From Elusimicrobiota bacterium (GTDB lineage: Bacteria; Elusimicrobiota; Elusimicrobia; UBA1565; UBA9628), in NCBI GenBank assembly GCA_016191335.1, contig JACPOW010000010.1:34469-98468 (forward strand): 64,000 bases of DNA, read 5' to 3'. The number at the start of each line of letters is the position of its first letter. Within the stretch, counting starts at the first letter, position 1. The position numbers were made by a program, and so were the translations under genes. The notes under the pieces were generated by a model, which searched no databases, was not told where the DNA came from, and worked only from the letters and a program-made list of their open reading frames with translations. This document shows positions 8,727 through 19,921 of this stretch, in pieces.

Positions 8727-10774
8727 CTCTTCCCCGTCGCCCGGAAGCGCGCCTGGGCGGCCCACGCGGCGGAGCGGCCGTCGGCGGGGTCGAGCTCGGC
8801 GGCCGAGGAGAAGGCGTCGGCCGCGTCGGCCCAGCGCGAGTCGGCCCACAGGCGCGCGCCGAGCGCGGACCAGGCCCGGGCGGAGCGCGGCTCGCGGCGG
8901 ATGGCCTCGCGGAAGGCGGCCTCCGCCTCCTTGGTCCTGCCCGCGCGCTCGAGGGCCACGCCGAGGTTCGCCAGCGGCTCCGCCTTTTGGGGCTCGAGCG
9001 CGGCGCCGGCGCGGTAGGCGCTCTCCGCCGCCGGCCAGTCGCGGCGCTCGACGGCGCGGAAGCCGGCCACGCCCAGCGCGTAGGCCGCGGTGGGCACGAC
9101 CCACAGCGCGTCGGGAGCGACGGAGGCCGACAGCTCGATCCAGCGCACGCCGGCCTCGGCGTCGCCGCGCGCGAGCGCCTCGACGCCGCGCTGATAGGGC
9201 ATGAACGCCGCCAAGGCGCGGTCGCGGTAGCGCGCGGCGGCCGCCTCATGGGTCCAGCGCACGGCGACGGCCTCGCGCAAGGCGGGGCCGTCGGGGAACG
9301 GGGCCTTGGGCGCGAGCGGCCGGCGCAGGAGTCCGGCCGGGGTCAAGGTCGCGTCGGGTAGGACTCCCTCGTTCAAGGTCGAGTACCACAGGCGGCCGGA
9401 GGCGAACCAGCGGCCCTCGACCTCGCGGCGGCGGGCTTCTTTCGCGTCCTTGGTCAACGAACGGAAGTCGGGGCCGTAGCCGCCGGGGAAGACGACGCCG
9501 CCGCGGTCGCGGAGTTCGATATCAGGACGCTGACCCGCGGCCACGGTCAAGAACGACAACGAATAGAAGGTGTCGTCCCCACCGTCCATTACCACGACCG
9601 CGTTCGGGGGAAGGCTCCTCAGGATGGAACGGCCATAGTCGTAGGTCAGAAAATCGTTTCGTCTCGATTCGGCCAACGCTTCGGGGATCATCGACAATGC
9701 GGCGATCGCCGCGGCCATGGCGGAGAACTTCGCCACGCGTGTCCCCAGCATGGCCAGCCCGGCGGCGAGGAACGGAACGGCACCGATCAATGGCAGCAGG
9801 AAGAAGCGCTCGAGGGCGCCGCTGGTCTGCGCGTCGAAGCCGGGGCGGCCGAGGAAAAGGAAGAAAGGCCCGGCGGCAAGGAGCCATACGGCAGGGACGC
9901 TGGCGCGCACGGCCAGTCCCGCGCGGGCGAAGGCCATGGCGCCGAAGGCGGCGAGCAGGAAGCCGCCGGGGCCGAAGGCGCGGACCGAGGCGCGCACGAA
10001 GCGCCAGAGCTGGGCGGCGAGCTCCGACGGGCCGAAGTCCCGGGCCCCGTCGACGGTCAGCGCGAAGGTGCCGTAGTCGCGGCGCAGGAGCAGGCGCCAC
10101 AGCGCCTGCGGCGTCGTCGCGTGGCCCCAGTCCACCGGCGGGGAGGCCGCCGCGCGCAGGGGGATGGCGAGGTGCAGGGCGAAGCCGGCGGCCGCGCCGA
10201 GCGTCGCGCAGGCCAGGGCTTTGGCCCAGCTTCCCTTCTTGCCGAGGCCGGCGAGGAGCAAGGCGGGCAGGACGAGCAGCAAGGTCTGGTGCACGCCGAG
10301 GCCCAGGCCGAAGACGAGGCCGAGGGCCGCGGCCGGCCCGGGCTGGAGCAGGCGCTCGCCCGCCGCCGCGACGACCCACAGCAGGCCCGCGGCGGCCAAG
10401 GCGAGCGGGGCGAAGGCCTCCGCCACCGCGCTCTGCTCGCGCCACAGCGGGGCGAGGCCGATGATCACCACCGCGCCCACGCGCGCGGCGCGTCCGGCGC
10501 CCCAGCGGCGCAGGGCGTCGCACAGCAGGGCCAAAGCCGCGGCGGCGCACAAGGCGGAGAGCAGGTTGGCGCGGTAGGCCCAGTTCCCGAGCGGCAGGGC
10601 CGTGCCCAGCGCCTTGGCGAGCACGGTCCAGGTGGCGTAGCCAGGCGCGTGCGGCACGCCCCACGACGCGGCCGCGGCGGCGAACTCCCCGGCGTCGCCG
10701 GTGGTGACCGACGGCGCGGCCTGGAAGACGCCGAGGGCCGCGAAGGCGAGGAAGACGACGACGGGCTCAAGCAT
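8723..10774 (-). CDS. DUF2723 (TMEM260-like) membrane glycosyltransferase with C-terminal TPR
   Basis: GDAGEFAAAAASWGVPHAPGY...RANLLSA, DWGH, LPPNAVVVMDGGDD, TPR tail. Confidence 0.85.
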   Translation of the reverse strand: MLEPVVVFLAFAALGVFQAAPSVTTGDAGEFAAAAASWGVPHAPGYATWTVLAKALGTALPLGNWAYRANLLSALCAAAALALLCDALRRWGAGRAARVGAVVIIGLAPLWREQSAVAEAFAPLALAAAGLLWVVAAAGERLLQPGPAAALGLVFGLGLGVHQTLLLVLPALLLAGLGKKGSWAKALACATLGAAAGFALHLAIPLRAAASPPVDWGHATTPQALWRLLLRRDYGTFALTVDGARDFGPSELAAQLWRFVRASVRAFGPGGFLLAAFGAMAFARAGLAVRASVPAVWLLAAGPFFLFLGRPGFDAQTSGALERFFLLPLIGAVPFLAAGLAMLGTRVAKFSAMAAAIAALSMIPEALAESRRNDFLTYDYGRSILRSLPPNAVVVMDGGDDTFYSLSFLTVAAGQRPDIELRDRGGVVFPGGYGPDFRSLTKDAKEARRREVEGRWFASGRLWYSTLNEGVLPDATLTPAGLLRRPLAPKAPFPDGPALREAVAVRWTHEAAAARYRDRALAAFMPYQRGVEALARGDAEAGVRWIELSASVAPDALWVVPTAAYALGVAGFRAVERRDWPAAESAYRAGAALEPQKAEPLANLGVALERAGRTKEAEAAFREAIRREPRSARAWSALGARLWADSRWADAADAFSSAAELDPADGRSAAWAAQARFRATGKR

Positions 10775-12971
10775 GGCCGGAGCGCCTCCTCAGCGTCCAC
10801 TCGGCGAGGAACAGGAGGCCCGCCAGCGCCAGCCAGAACGGGGACAGGAACGGCCGCAGGCGGCGCACCGTCTCCTCGCGCGGGCTGGGCGGGGGGAGCA
10901 GGTCGAGCAGGGGCCCGGGGCGCGCGACGGACAGGTCCGCGAAGGTCCCGCCGCCGGCGGCGGCGGCTTTCGTCAGCCAGTTGCGGTCCATCGGCTCGTC
11001 CTGCACCGGCTCCCAGACGAAGCGGACCTCGTCCTCGCCCCACGGCCGGCCGCGCACGCGCGCCGAGGCGCGCACCTTGTGGGCGCCGGGCGAGAGGCCC
11101 AGCAGCTCGACGGCGTAGACGCCGGGCTCGGCGAGCCTCACCGGGGCCTCGACAGCCTTCCCGTCGGGCCCCGTCCAGACCACGCTCACGCGCGTGTCCG
11201 CCGCCGGCGCGGGGCCGAAGCCCTCGTCGAAGACGCGCAAGGACAGCTTCGCCGGCTCGCGCGGCGGCACGCGGTCGGGCAGCGGCGCGAACTTCACCTT
11301 GGACAGGTCGAGGCCGCCGGTCAGGTACTGCACCGCGCGCGTCCAGAACCGCGCGTAGAAGCCCGCCGCGTCCGGGTCCGCCGCGGCGCCGAGCTTCCAG
11401 CGCCACGACGAGTCGGTGGAGATCAGCATGACCTTGCCGCGGCCGAAGGAGCGCACGGCCGCCACGGGCAGGGGCTTGCCGTCGTCCGCGCTCTGGCCGG
11501 GGTGGTAGGCCAGCACGGTCGCGCCGGGGCGCGTCGAGGCGAACCGCGCCCACCCGTCGAGCGGCGGCAAGGCCGCCCAGGCGCGCTGAGACAGCTCCGC
11601 GGTCTCGTACAGGCGCACCAGCGGATGCTCGGGCGGGCCGGGCTTGGCGGCGAACAGGCCGGGGACGAAGTCCGGGGCTCGCGCGGAGAGGACGACGGGC
11701 AGGGCCTCCTCGAGCGGGGAGCCCTTGTAGCCGCCGGCGGAGAAGGCGTTGTCGCCGCCCTTGACGAGCAAGGCGCCGCCGCCCTGGACGAAGCGCTTGA
11801 GCGCGTCGAGGTACTGCGGCGGCAGGCGGAAGCGCGCGGCGGAGAAGTTCTCGAGGATGAACAGGTCGAACTGGGGCAAAGCGCGGCCGAAGATCTCGTC
11901 GACCGGGAACGGGATCAAGGACAGCTCGCTCTCCGACGCGGGGGAGGGGTTCTCCGGATTGCGCAGGATCACGAAGGAGACGAGCTCGTGGTTCGGGTCG
12001 GCCTTGAGGAACTCGCGCAGGGCGGCGTACTCCGGGCTGGGGCGGCCGGCGAGGTACATGATGCGGTACTTCTGGCGCACGGTCTCGACGCGGAACTCGC
12101 GCGTCCGCTCGCGCCCGCCGACGGACGCGACGAGGCGCAGGCGCGCGGTGCCCAGCGCGTCGGCCGGGGCGGCCAGCTCGACGGGGAAGGTCTCGAGGTC
12201 GGCGTTGACGCGGCGCTTGACCCGGCCCGCCTCGCGCCAGCCGCCGGGGGCGCTCTCGTCGGCGCGGGACAGGGCCACCGTCGCGTCGCGCCCGGCGAGG
12301 CCGGTGGCCTCCACGCTCGCGCTCACGGGGATGACGCCGTGCAGGAAGGCGAAGTCGGGGGCCTTCAGGTCGAGGAAGGCGGCGCCGGTCTCGCGCTTGA
12401 CGGGCCCGACGCCGAGGAGGTCCACGGGAGAGCCGAGCCCGGCGAGGAGGCGGCCGAGGTCCCCGCCGCCCTCGGCGATCCCGTCGGTGACGAGCCAGGT
12501 GCGAGCGGGGGGGCCCTCGGGAGGGACGGCGTCGGGGAGGCTTTGCTCGGGCTTGAAGGCGGTGCCCTCCGCGGCGGCGAGGGCGAGCTTGTCGAGGCCG
12601 CCCAGGGGACGCGCGCGGTCCGACACGACGGACACGGTGACGTCGGCGCGGGACTCGATGGAGGATCTGTTCTTCTGAAGCCAGGAAACGGCCTGGGCGA
12701 GACGGGACGGGGACGCGGGCGCTTTGCCCTTCATCGTGTGGCCGGCGTCGAGGAGGATGTGCAGGCGGGGCTTCGCGAGCTGGCCCTGGCGGGCGAGGAC
12801 CGAGGGGCGCAGGAAGGCGAGGGCGAGAGCGAGGGCGGAGAGCCCTCGGAGGACGAGCAGCGGGCGGCGGGCCGGGGAACGCCGGCAGTGGACATAGAAC
12901 GCGCCGGCGAGGACGGCCGTGAACAGCCAGGGGAAAAGGCCGGGGGCGAAATCCAACCCGTAAGAGCTCAT
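10767..12971 (-). CDS. Membrane-anchored degenerate-VWA / glutamine amidotransferase-like (DUF1355-type) protein of MoxR loci
   Basis: N-terminal TMs; LRN...ELSLIPFP...FDLFI, GGALLVKGG, GRGKV...DSSWRW; C-terminal LLFLAEWTLRRRSG. Confidence 0.8.
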   Translation of the reverse strand: MSSYGLDFAPGLFPWLFTAVLAGAFYVHCRRSPARRPLLVLRGLSALALALAFLRPSVLARQGQLAKPRLHILLDAGHTMKGKAPASPSRLAQAVSWLQKNRSSIESRADVTVSVVSDRARPLGGLDKLALAAAEGTAFKPEQSLPDAVPPEGPPARTWLVTDGIAEGGGDLGRLLAGLGSPVDLLGVGPVKRETGAAFLDLKAPDFAFLHGVIPVSASVEATGLAGRDATVALSRADESAPGGWREAGRVKRRVNADLETFPVELAAPADALGTARLRLVASVGGRERTREFRVETVRQKYRIMYLAGRPSPEYAALREFLKADPNHELVSFVILRNPENPSPASESELSLIPFPVDEIFGRALPQFDLFILENFSAARFRLPPQYLDALKRFVQGGGALLVKGGDNAFSAGGYKGSPLEEALPVVLSARAPDFVPGLFAAKPGPPEHPLVRLYETAELSQRAWAALPPLDGWARFASTRPGATVLAYHPGQSADDGKPLPVAAVRSFGRGKVMLISTDSSWRWKLGAAADPDAAGFYARFWTRAVQYLTGGLDLSKVKFAPLPDRVPPREPAKLSLRVFDEGFGPAPAADTRVSVVWTGPDGKAVEAPVRLAEPGVYAVELLGLSPGAHKVRASARVRGRPWGEDEVRFVWEPVQDEPMDRNWLTKAAAAGGGTFADLSVARPGPLLDLLPPPSPREETVRRLRPFLSPFWLALAGLLFLAEWTLRRRSGHA

Positions 12972-15709
12972 GGCGCGGCCGCCTTGAGCTTGTCGAGGAT
13001 GGCGGCCTGGTGGACGGCGTCGGACTTGTAGGAACCCGTGAGGGAGTACATCACGACGTTGAGGGTCAGGCGGCGGGCGAGCTCGCGCTGGGGCTCGCCG
13101 CCGGGGACGCAGGCGCGCAGGGGCTTGCCGAGGGCGTCTTTCGCCCAGGCGCCGAGGGCGTCGTCGCGGGTGTAGAGGACGGCGACGCGGCCGCCCCAGT
13201 CGACGCCCTCGAGGGAGCCGTGGACGCGGACACGGCCCGCGGGGCCTCGGAGGAGGAAGAAGGTGCGGTAGATCACATGGTCGGGAGGGAGGGGCTTGAG
13301 CGAGGAGTCGGGGAGGATGCGGGGCAGTTCGCGGCGCAGCCAGCGGTCGAAGGAGCCGGGGGGGCCGCCGCCGGAGTCCTCCACCCAGAGGAAGCCGCCG
13401 CCGGAGATGAACTGGCGCAGACGGCGGAGCTCGTCGTCACGGAGTTCGGGCGGAGCCGAGGTGCCGGCCAGGTAAACGAAGGGGGAGGAGAAAAGGGCGG
13501 GGTCGCTCAGAGAAATCGTCCTGCGCGCGGGAGAGGTGCGCACGCTGGTGACCTCGCCGAGCCAGGCCGTGAGAAGATCGGGGGCGTCGGGGTAGGGGTC
13601 CCAGGTGTCTCCGAGCTGGAGCTGGGTCCACACAAAACGGTCCCCTTGTTGGGCTAGGGCACGCGATGGGAACGATGCCAGACAAATAAAAATAAATAAG
13701 GCCGTCGCCCCGCGCAACGGCAACGACAGGAGCATCTCGAAGACGAGCATCAGGACGGCCAGGCCGAGGAGCCAGGCGGACAGATCTTTTCCGTAAACGG
13801 AATCGAGGAACTCGTTCTCGAGGTTTTCCACGTCACTTGAGCGCCATGGTGGAGAACTCGCGGGAAGCAAGTCGCTCTCCCCGCGCGACGAATCCAGATT
13901 GGCGGCGAAGGTGACGGTGCGAACGCCATCCACGAACGTATATAAGCCAGGGACCGAAGCTTCCGGCAAAACGGCCCTTCGGCCGGAAACCGATAACGAA
14001 GTCCGACGGCCATCAGGCGAGATCACGCTGATCCGATCCGGCGCGGCTTCGCCGCGCGACCATTCGCGGATGATGGGGTCGCCCACCTTCACCTTCCGGG
14101 CTGCGTCGCGAGCCGAATCCGGAACGCTCAAGGCCAGACAGGCGCGGGCCCAGGGGATGAAGAACGGCTTCAATCCTAAATTCGTCCACGCCGCGTCGAG
14201 CGGCGTCGCCCACACGACCGCCCGTCCTCTTCCGACGCTTCCCGCCACGAGCACCGCCTCTCCCGAGACACCGCTCACCCACACCTCGGACCCGGGAGCG
14301 GGCTCGAGGAGGAACATACGGCGCACGCTCACCTTGGATAAATCCAAATCTCCCCAACCGGAAGTCGCTTCACCCTCGCGTATGACCTTTAACCCCGGCG
14401 CGGAGACCTCCACCGCCGTTCCGAGCCGCGCCGGAAGCCATGGGAATGCGGCGAGGTCGGCCTCGTTACCACGCACCCCCGGGATGAACACCACGCCGCC
14501 GCCGCGTCCGGCGAATGCCTCGAGCGCGGCCGAAAGCCCCGGCGCGGGTCGCGCCGCGTCGGCCATCATCACGGTCCCATATTTAGTCAGATCCGCTTCG
14601 TTCCAACGCGCGGCCTCCAGAAAATCCGCGTCGCGCCCCGCCAAGGTCTCCCGCCCGCCGCCGAACAGCTCCCGCAGGAACCACCCCGGCTTCCCCGCGC
14701 GGAAGAACTGCGGGTCGGAGTACAGCACCAGCACCCGCGGCGACGGCCGGTGCGCCATGGAGAAATACACCTGGTCGTCCTCGGCCAGGGCGCCCGGACG
14801 GGCGGCCACGCGGCCGGCCCAGGAGGGGGCGGCGCTGTCCTCGGCGGCGGGCAGGGCCAGAGCGGAGCGGGACTCGGCGCCGGCTGGGGCAGAGGCGGAG
14901 CCGGAGCCGGCGCGGCGGTCCCCGACCCACAGGTCGAGGGGCGTGGAGGCGGGGGCGCCGGCGGCGGCGAGGCGGACCTCGACGCGGGGGGCGCGCGCGC
15001 TCGAGTCGGGGGAGGGGCCGGCGGAGGAAAGCCAGGCGTTGGCCAGCGCGGGGAAGCGCAGGCCGATCACGGCGGCGCCCTCGGCGGGCGCGGGGGCCTT
15101 CTCGCGCAGGCCGTGCTCGGCCCCGTCGCCGAGGACGACGACGGCGCGCTTGCGCCCGCGCGGCGCCTCCTCCAGCGCCTTGCGCGCCGCGGCCAACGCG
15201 GCGGCGGCGTTCGTGCCGCGCCAGCCCGGGCGCGCGGCGGCCAAGGCCGCGTCGGCGGCGCGCGCGTCGCCCCAGGCGAGCGGGGCCTTGAGCGCCTCGT
15301 CGAAGGTCCCGACGGCCACGCGGTCGCCGGGCGCCAGGCGCTTGAGCAGGCGGCGCCCCGCCTCGCGGGCCGCGTCGAAGCGGACGGTGACGCCGTCGCG
15401 GGCGCGCGTGGAGTACGACGCGTCGAGCAGGAGCACGAGGTCGAGCCCCGCCGCGCCCGCCGCCGCGTCGCCGCGCCGCGCCGGGGCGGCGGCCGCCAGT
15501 ATCAGCGCCGCGAGCAGGACGCAGCGCGCGGCCATGAGCAGCAGCTCGCGCAGGCGCGCCTTGGGCCGCGCCCGCGCGTCCACGGCCTTGAGCAAGGTCA
15601 GGTCGGAGAACGGCACGCGCCGCGCGGCGCGCCGCGACATGAGATGGATGACGACGGGCAGGGCCGCCAGCGGCAAAGCCCACAGCGCCGCCGGGAAGCC
15701 GAACCTCAC
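12968..15709 (-). CDS. BatA/VWA domain protein fused to a C-terminal DUF4159 domain
   Basis: GTG 15709 overlaps the DUF58 stop; LPVVIHL BatA motif; DASYS MIDAS; C-terminal PFVYLAG...GGFLWVED...YSLTGSYKSDAVH. Confidence 0.8.
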   Translation of the reverse strand: MRFGFPAALWALPLAALPVVIHLMSRRAARRVPFSDLTLLKAVDARARPKARLRELLLMAARCVLLAALILAAAAPARRGDAAAGAAGLDLVLLLDASYSTRARDGVTVRFDAAREAGRRLLKRLAPGDRVAVGTFDEALKAPLAWGDARAADAALAAARPGWRGTNAAAALAAARKALEEAPRGRKRAVVVLGDGAEHGLREKAPAPAEGAAVIGLRFPALANAWLSSAGPSPDSSARAPRVEVRLAAAGAPASTPLDLWVGDRRAGSGSASAPAGAESRSALALPAAEDSAAPSWAGRVAARPGALAEDDQVYFSMAHRPSPRVLVLYSDPQFFRAGKPGWFLRELFGGGRETLAGRDADFLEAARWNEADLTKYGTVMMADAARPAPGLSAALEAFAGRGGGVVFIPGVRGNEADLAAFPWLPARLGTAVEVSAPGLKVIREGEATSGWGDLDLSKVSVRRMFLLEPAPGSEVWVSGVSGEAVLVAGSVGRGRAVVWATPLDAAWTNLGLKPFFIPWARACLALSVPDSARDAARKVKVGDPIIREWSRGEAAPDRISVISPDGRRTSLSVSGRRAVLPEASVPGLYTFVDGVRTVTFAANLDSSRGESDLLPASSPPWRSSDVENLENEFLDSVYGKDLSAWLLGLAVLMLVFEMLLSLPLRGATALFIFICLASFPSRALAQQGDRFVWTQLQLGDTWDPYPDAPDLLTAWLGEVTSVRTSPARRTISLSDPALFSSPFVYLAGTSAPPELRDDELRRLRQFISGGGFLWVEDSGGGPPGSFDRWLRRELPRILPDSSLKPLPPDHVIYRTFFLLRGPAGRVRVHGSLEGVDWGGRVAVLYTRDDALGAWAKDALGKPLRACVPGGEPQRELARRLTLNVVMYSLTGSYKSDAVHQAAILDKLKAAAP

Positions 15710-16564
15710 CGCGTGAGCAGGCGCCCCAGCGCCGCCTCCCAGTGGCCCGTCGTCTCCGCGACCGCGTAGGCCAGGCCCGCGCGGCGCAAGGCGCCGGCGT
15801 ACGCGTCGGCCTGACGCGCGAACGCGGCGCGGTAGGCCGGCGCCGCCTCCAGCGCGTCCACGAACAACGGCTCGCCGCCCTCGAGGCCCTCCATCAGGCA
15901 CGGCCCCTCGTACGGGAACTCGCGCTCATCGGGGTCGAGGGTCCGCAGGACCAGGACCTCATGGCGCCGCGCGACCAAGGCCCGCACCGCCTTGAGCGCG
16001 CCCGCCGTATCGCCCATCAGGTCGCTGATCAGCACCACCATCCCGCGCCGCGGCAGTTCCTCGGCGGCGGCCTCGATGGCGCGGGCGAGGTCCGTCTCGC
16101 CCTGAGCCGAGGCCAAAGTCAGCGCCTCGTCGAACGCCCCGAGCTGGGCCGCGCCCGCTCGAGGGGGAAGGGCGAGCCTGGCCTCGGTGCCGAAGGTGAC
16201 GAGCCCGGCCTCGTCGCCCTGCGCCAGCGCCAGCCACGCCACGGCGGCCGCCGCGCGCCGCCCCAGGTCGAGCTTGGATTGGCGCCCCGCGCCCGCGTAG
16301 GCCATCGAGCCGGAGGCATCGAGCAGGACGAAGACGGGGATGCGGTCCTCGGAGCGGAACTCGCGCACGTAGAAGCGGTCGAGGCGCGCGTACGCCTTCC
16401 AGTCGATGCTCCGCGACTCGTCGCCGTAGGAGTACGGCCTGTGCTGGGCGAAGTCGCGTGAGTGCCCGCGCGCGAGCGAGCGGTGCTTGCCCGGCGCGCC
16501 GGACAGGCCGGAGGCGCGCCGCGGGAACAGCCCTAGGCCCTTGAGGCGGGCCTGCGACTCGGGA

Positions 16565-16578
<14 letters not shown>
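15706..16578 (-). CDS. DUF58 family protein
   Basis: GKHRSLARG, FAQHRPYSYGDESRSIDWK, LLDASGSM, VVLISD; lies directly downstream of MoxR. Confidence 0.92.
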
Positions 16579-17557
<979 letters not shown>

Positions 17558-17566
17558 GAGGGTAAT

Positions 17567-18634
17567 CTACCTGTTTTTGCGCTTCAGGCTCCAGGTCACC
17601 AGCCCCGCCGCGGCCAGCGCCGCCAAGGCGGCGAACACCCCGAGCACGAGCTTGCGCGACGGCCCCTGCTTCTCGATCGGTATCTTCGGCGTGGAGGCCA
17701 GCAATCCCGGCACCGCCGTCGGCCCCGCCTTGAGCGCCGCCAAGGCCCCGACCATCAGCTCGTCGGCGGCCGGCCCGCGCCCGAACAATTGATAGCCCCA
17801 GTAGCCCCACGGCAGGTATCCCACCGAGAGCTTCTCCGCCGGCCCGCTCGCGGCCCACGAGTACACCGCGACGGGGCCCGCCGCCGTGGCCGCCGCCTTC
17901 ACCGGCGCGATCTTGTCCGCCGCCACGCCCGCCGAGGTGGCCGTCAGCTCGCGCACGATGGCCGCCTGCTCCCCGGGCTTGGTCGCGTCCGCCTCGGCCA
18001 GCTTCTGGAACAGCACCTCGGAGCCCGCGCCCTGGATGACGAGCACGAAGCCCTTCGCCGTCTCCGAGTCGAGCAGCGACCGCGACCGCCGCCCTCCGCC
18101 CAGCGCCAGCTCCAGCTGTCCGTCGAGGCTGCGCGCCACGCCCGCGCTCTGCACCGCGCCCTCGATGCGCCCGATCTGGATGGACCCCAGGAGAGAATTG
18201 ACCATCGCCTCCGGCGCCGCGCTCATCAGCACCGCCAGGTGCGGCGTGCCGCCCGCCCCGAACAAGGCGATGAGCACCCGGTCCTCGCCCGCCAGCTGGC
18301 CCTTGATCAACTGCGCCGTCAGGCCGTTGCGGAACACGCGCGTCTCCACGCGCCCGCTCGAGCGGTAATCCTTCCCGCTTCCCTCGCGCAGCCCGCCCAG
18401 GACGTCCTGCAGATAGCCGCGCGTCCCCGCGGGGTTGTCGAGCGGCGCCTTGGGCGCGCGCCGGACGATGAACGACGCCATCTCCGGACCCTTGAGCACG
18501 ATGACGGCGTTGCGCACCTTCCCTTCGCTCAGCACATCCTTCCAGCCGGGAGGCGCCTCCAAGGTGGGGGACGCGGCGTGAGACAGCGCGGCGCTGAAAG
18601 CCAGGAAAAGCGAGGCGTAGATGGTATTTCTCAT
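17567..18634 (-). CDS. Hypothetical exported protein with a C-terminal membrane anchor
   Basis: Signal peptide MRNTIYASLFLAFSAALSHA; C-terminal TM followed by KRKNR; first gene of the MoxR operon. Confidence 0.7.
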   Translation of the reverse strand: MRNTIYASLFLAFSAALSHAASPTLEAPPGWKDVLSEGKVRNAVIVLKGPEMASFIVRRAPKAPLDNPAGTRGYLQDVLGGLREGSGKDYRSSGRVETRVFRNGLTAQLIKGQLAGEDRVLIALFGAGGTPHLAVLMSAAPEAMVNSLLGSIQIGRIEGAVQSAGVARSLDGQLELALGGGRRSRSLLDSETAKGFVLVIQGAGSEVLFQKLAEADATKPGEQAAIVRELTATSAGVAADKIAPVKAAATAAGPVAVYSWAASGPAEKLSVGYLPWGYWGYQLFGRGPAADELMVGALAALKAGPTAVPGLLASTPKIPIEKQGPSRKLVLGVFAALAALAAAGLVTWSLKRKNR

Positions 18635-18707
18635 CGTGGGAATGAGTTTATCAACATCCGGGGGGAGCGGGGAACCTGTTCTTTTCCGATTTCGATCCTC
18701 TCGAGGA

Positions 18708-18737
18708 GGGTTTTGAGCACAATCGTGCTCAAAACCC
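18708..18737. terminator. Intergenic hairpin (terminator or REP-like)
   Basis: GGGTTTTGAGCAC-AATC-GTGCTCAAAACCC, a perfect 13-bp stem just downstream of the ceramidase-like gene. Confidence 0.55.
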
Positions 18738-18749
18738 CCGAGGGAGGAG

Positions 18750-19454
18750 TCAGCGACGCCCGACCGACCTGGTCGCCGGCACGGCCGCGATGACGAAGAA
18801 CGAGGCGACTCCGGCGGACAGGTGCTTGAGGGTGTGGCCGCTCAACACAAAGGAAGAGAACACCTGACGGTCGTAGGTCTCGAGGACCTTCGCAAGAACA
18901 TAAAAAGCGACGGCGACCATCAACAGGCGCCCATCGAGGAACTTCCGCGGGAACAGGAACAGGATCAACGGCATGAGCACCAACGGCAAGAATTGCACCA
19001 GGATGTAGGCCCTGAGATCGCCGGTCTCGCGCCAATACAAAGCGCTCGCGATGCCTAAAGCAACCAGCACCGGCAAGGTCTTGAAGGTCGTGACCCGTTC
19101 CTCCAACAACATCGCGAAAAGACCCATGAACGCGACCGTCATGGGCAGGCGGTCCCACAGAAGCGTCGCGTCGGAGGGGGACCGGTGATAGTAGGCCGAG
19201 CCGAGGCTCACCAGGAGCACTCCCACGCATAAGGTCGTGTACGCCGGGCGGTTCGTCGAGACCGTTCGTCGCAGACCGTACAGGCCGACGACCAAGAACA
19301 GGACATTCGACATCACATCAAAGAAATTCGGCAGCCCCAGCCAGGACCGCGCGTCGGCGAAGGCATGATACGCCTGATCCTGGAGGATGGGCGCGTGGAA
19401 GAAGGTCGCGACCACGGCGGCCGCGGCGATGACGCCCAGAGCCCCGTGCCTCAT
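18750..19454 (-). CDS. Alkaline ceramidase-like (CREST) membrane protein
   Basis: QDQAYHAFADAR, SNVLF, GSAYYH...WDRLPM, SGHTLKH; ATG overlaps the GNAT stop. Confidence 0.85.
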   Translation of the reverse strand: MRHGALGVIAAAAVVATFFHAPILQDQAYHAFADARSWLGLPNFFDVMSNVLFLVVGLYGLRRTVSTNRPAYTTLCVGVLLVSLGSAYYHRSPSDATLLWDRLPMTVAFMGLFAMLLEERVTTFKTLPVLVALGIASALYWRETGDLRAYILVQFLPLVLMPLILFLFPRKFLDGRLLMVAVAFYVLAKVLETYDRQVFSSFVLSGHTLKHLSAGVASFFVIAAVPATRSVGRR

Positions 19455-19921
19455 GCCAGCTTCAGGACGAACTCGTCGTACTTCTCGCCGGCGGCGTTGG
19501 AGAACTTGTCCTCGCCGATCACCGAAAACCCGTTCTTCTTCACGACCTGAAGGGACGCGGCGTTGTGCTTCGCCACCCGCGCGAACAAGGGGCGGAACTT
19601 GTATTCCTTCAGGAAGGTCTTCAGCGCCCTCGTGGCCACGCCCTGGCCCCAATGCTCGCGGGCGATCCAGTAGCCCACCTCGCGGTCGGGGCGCACGCGG
19701 ACGAAGCACACGAGGTAGCCGGCCACCGCGCCGTCGAGCAGGATCATCTTCTTCTCGACGCCCGCATCCTTCAATATCTTGCGCCAGTGCTTCACGAAGT
19801 CCGGGCGGCTGCGGGGCACGAACCCGGCCAGGCGGTTGGCCTCCGGATCCGATTGCATCTTGTACAGCGCGGGGATGTCGGCGGCTTTCGCGTCGCGGAG
19901 CGTCAGCGACCCTCGCGCCAC
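19451..19921 (-). CDS. GNAT N-acetyltransferase (RimJ/RimL-like)
   Basis: EVGYWIAREHWGQGVATRAL...NAASLQVVKKNGF. Start uncertain; GTG 19921 overlaps the end of the caspase gene. Confidence 0.85.
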   Translation of the reverse strand: MARGSLTLRDAKAADIPALYKMQSDPEANRLAGFVPRSRPDFVKHWRKILKDAGVEKKMILLDGAVAGYLVCFVRVRPDREVGYWIAREHWGQGVATRALKTFLKEYKFRPLFARVAKHNAASLQVVKKNGFSVIGEDKFSNAAGEKYDEFVLKLA

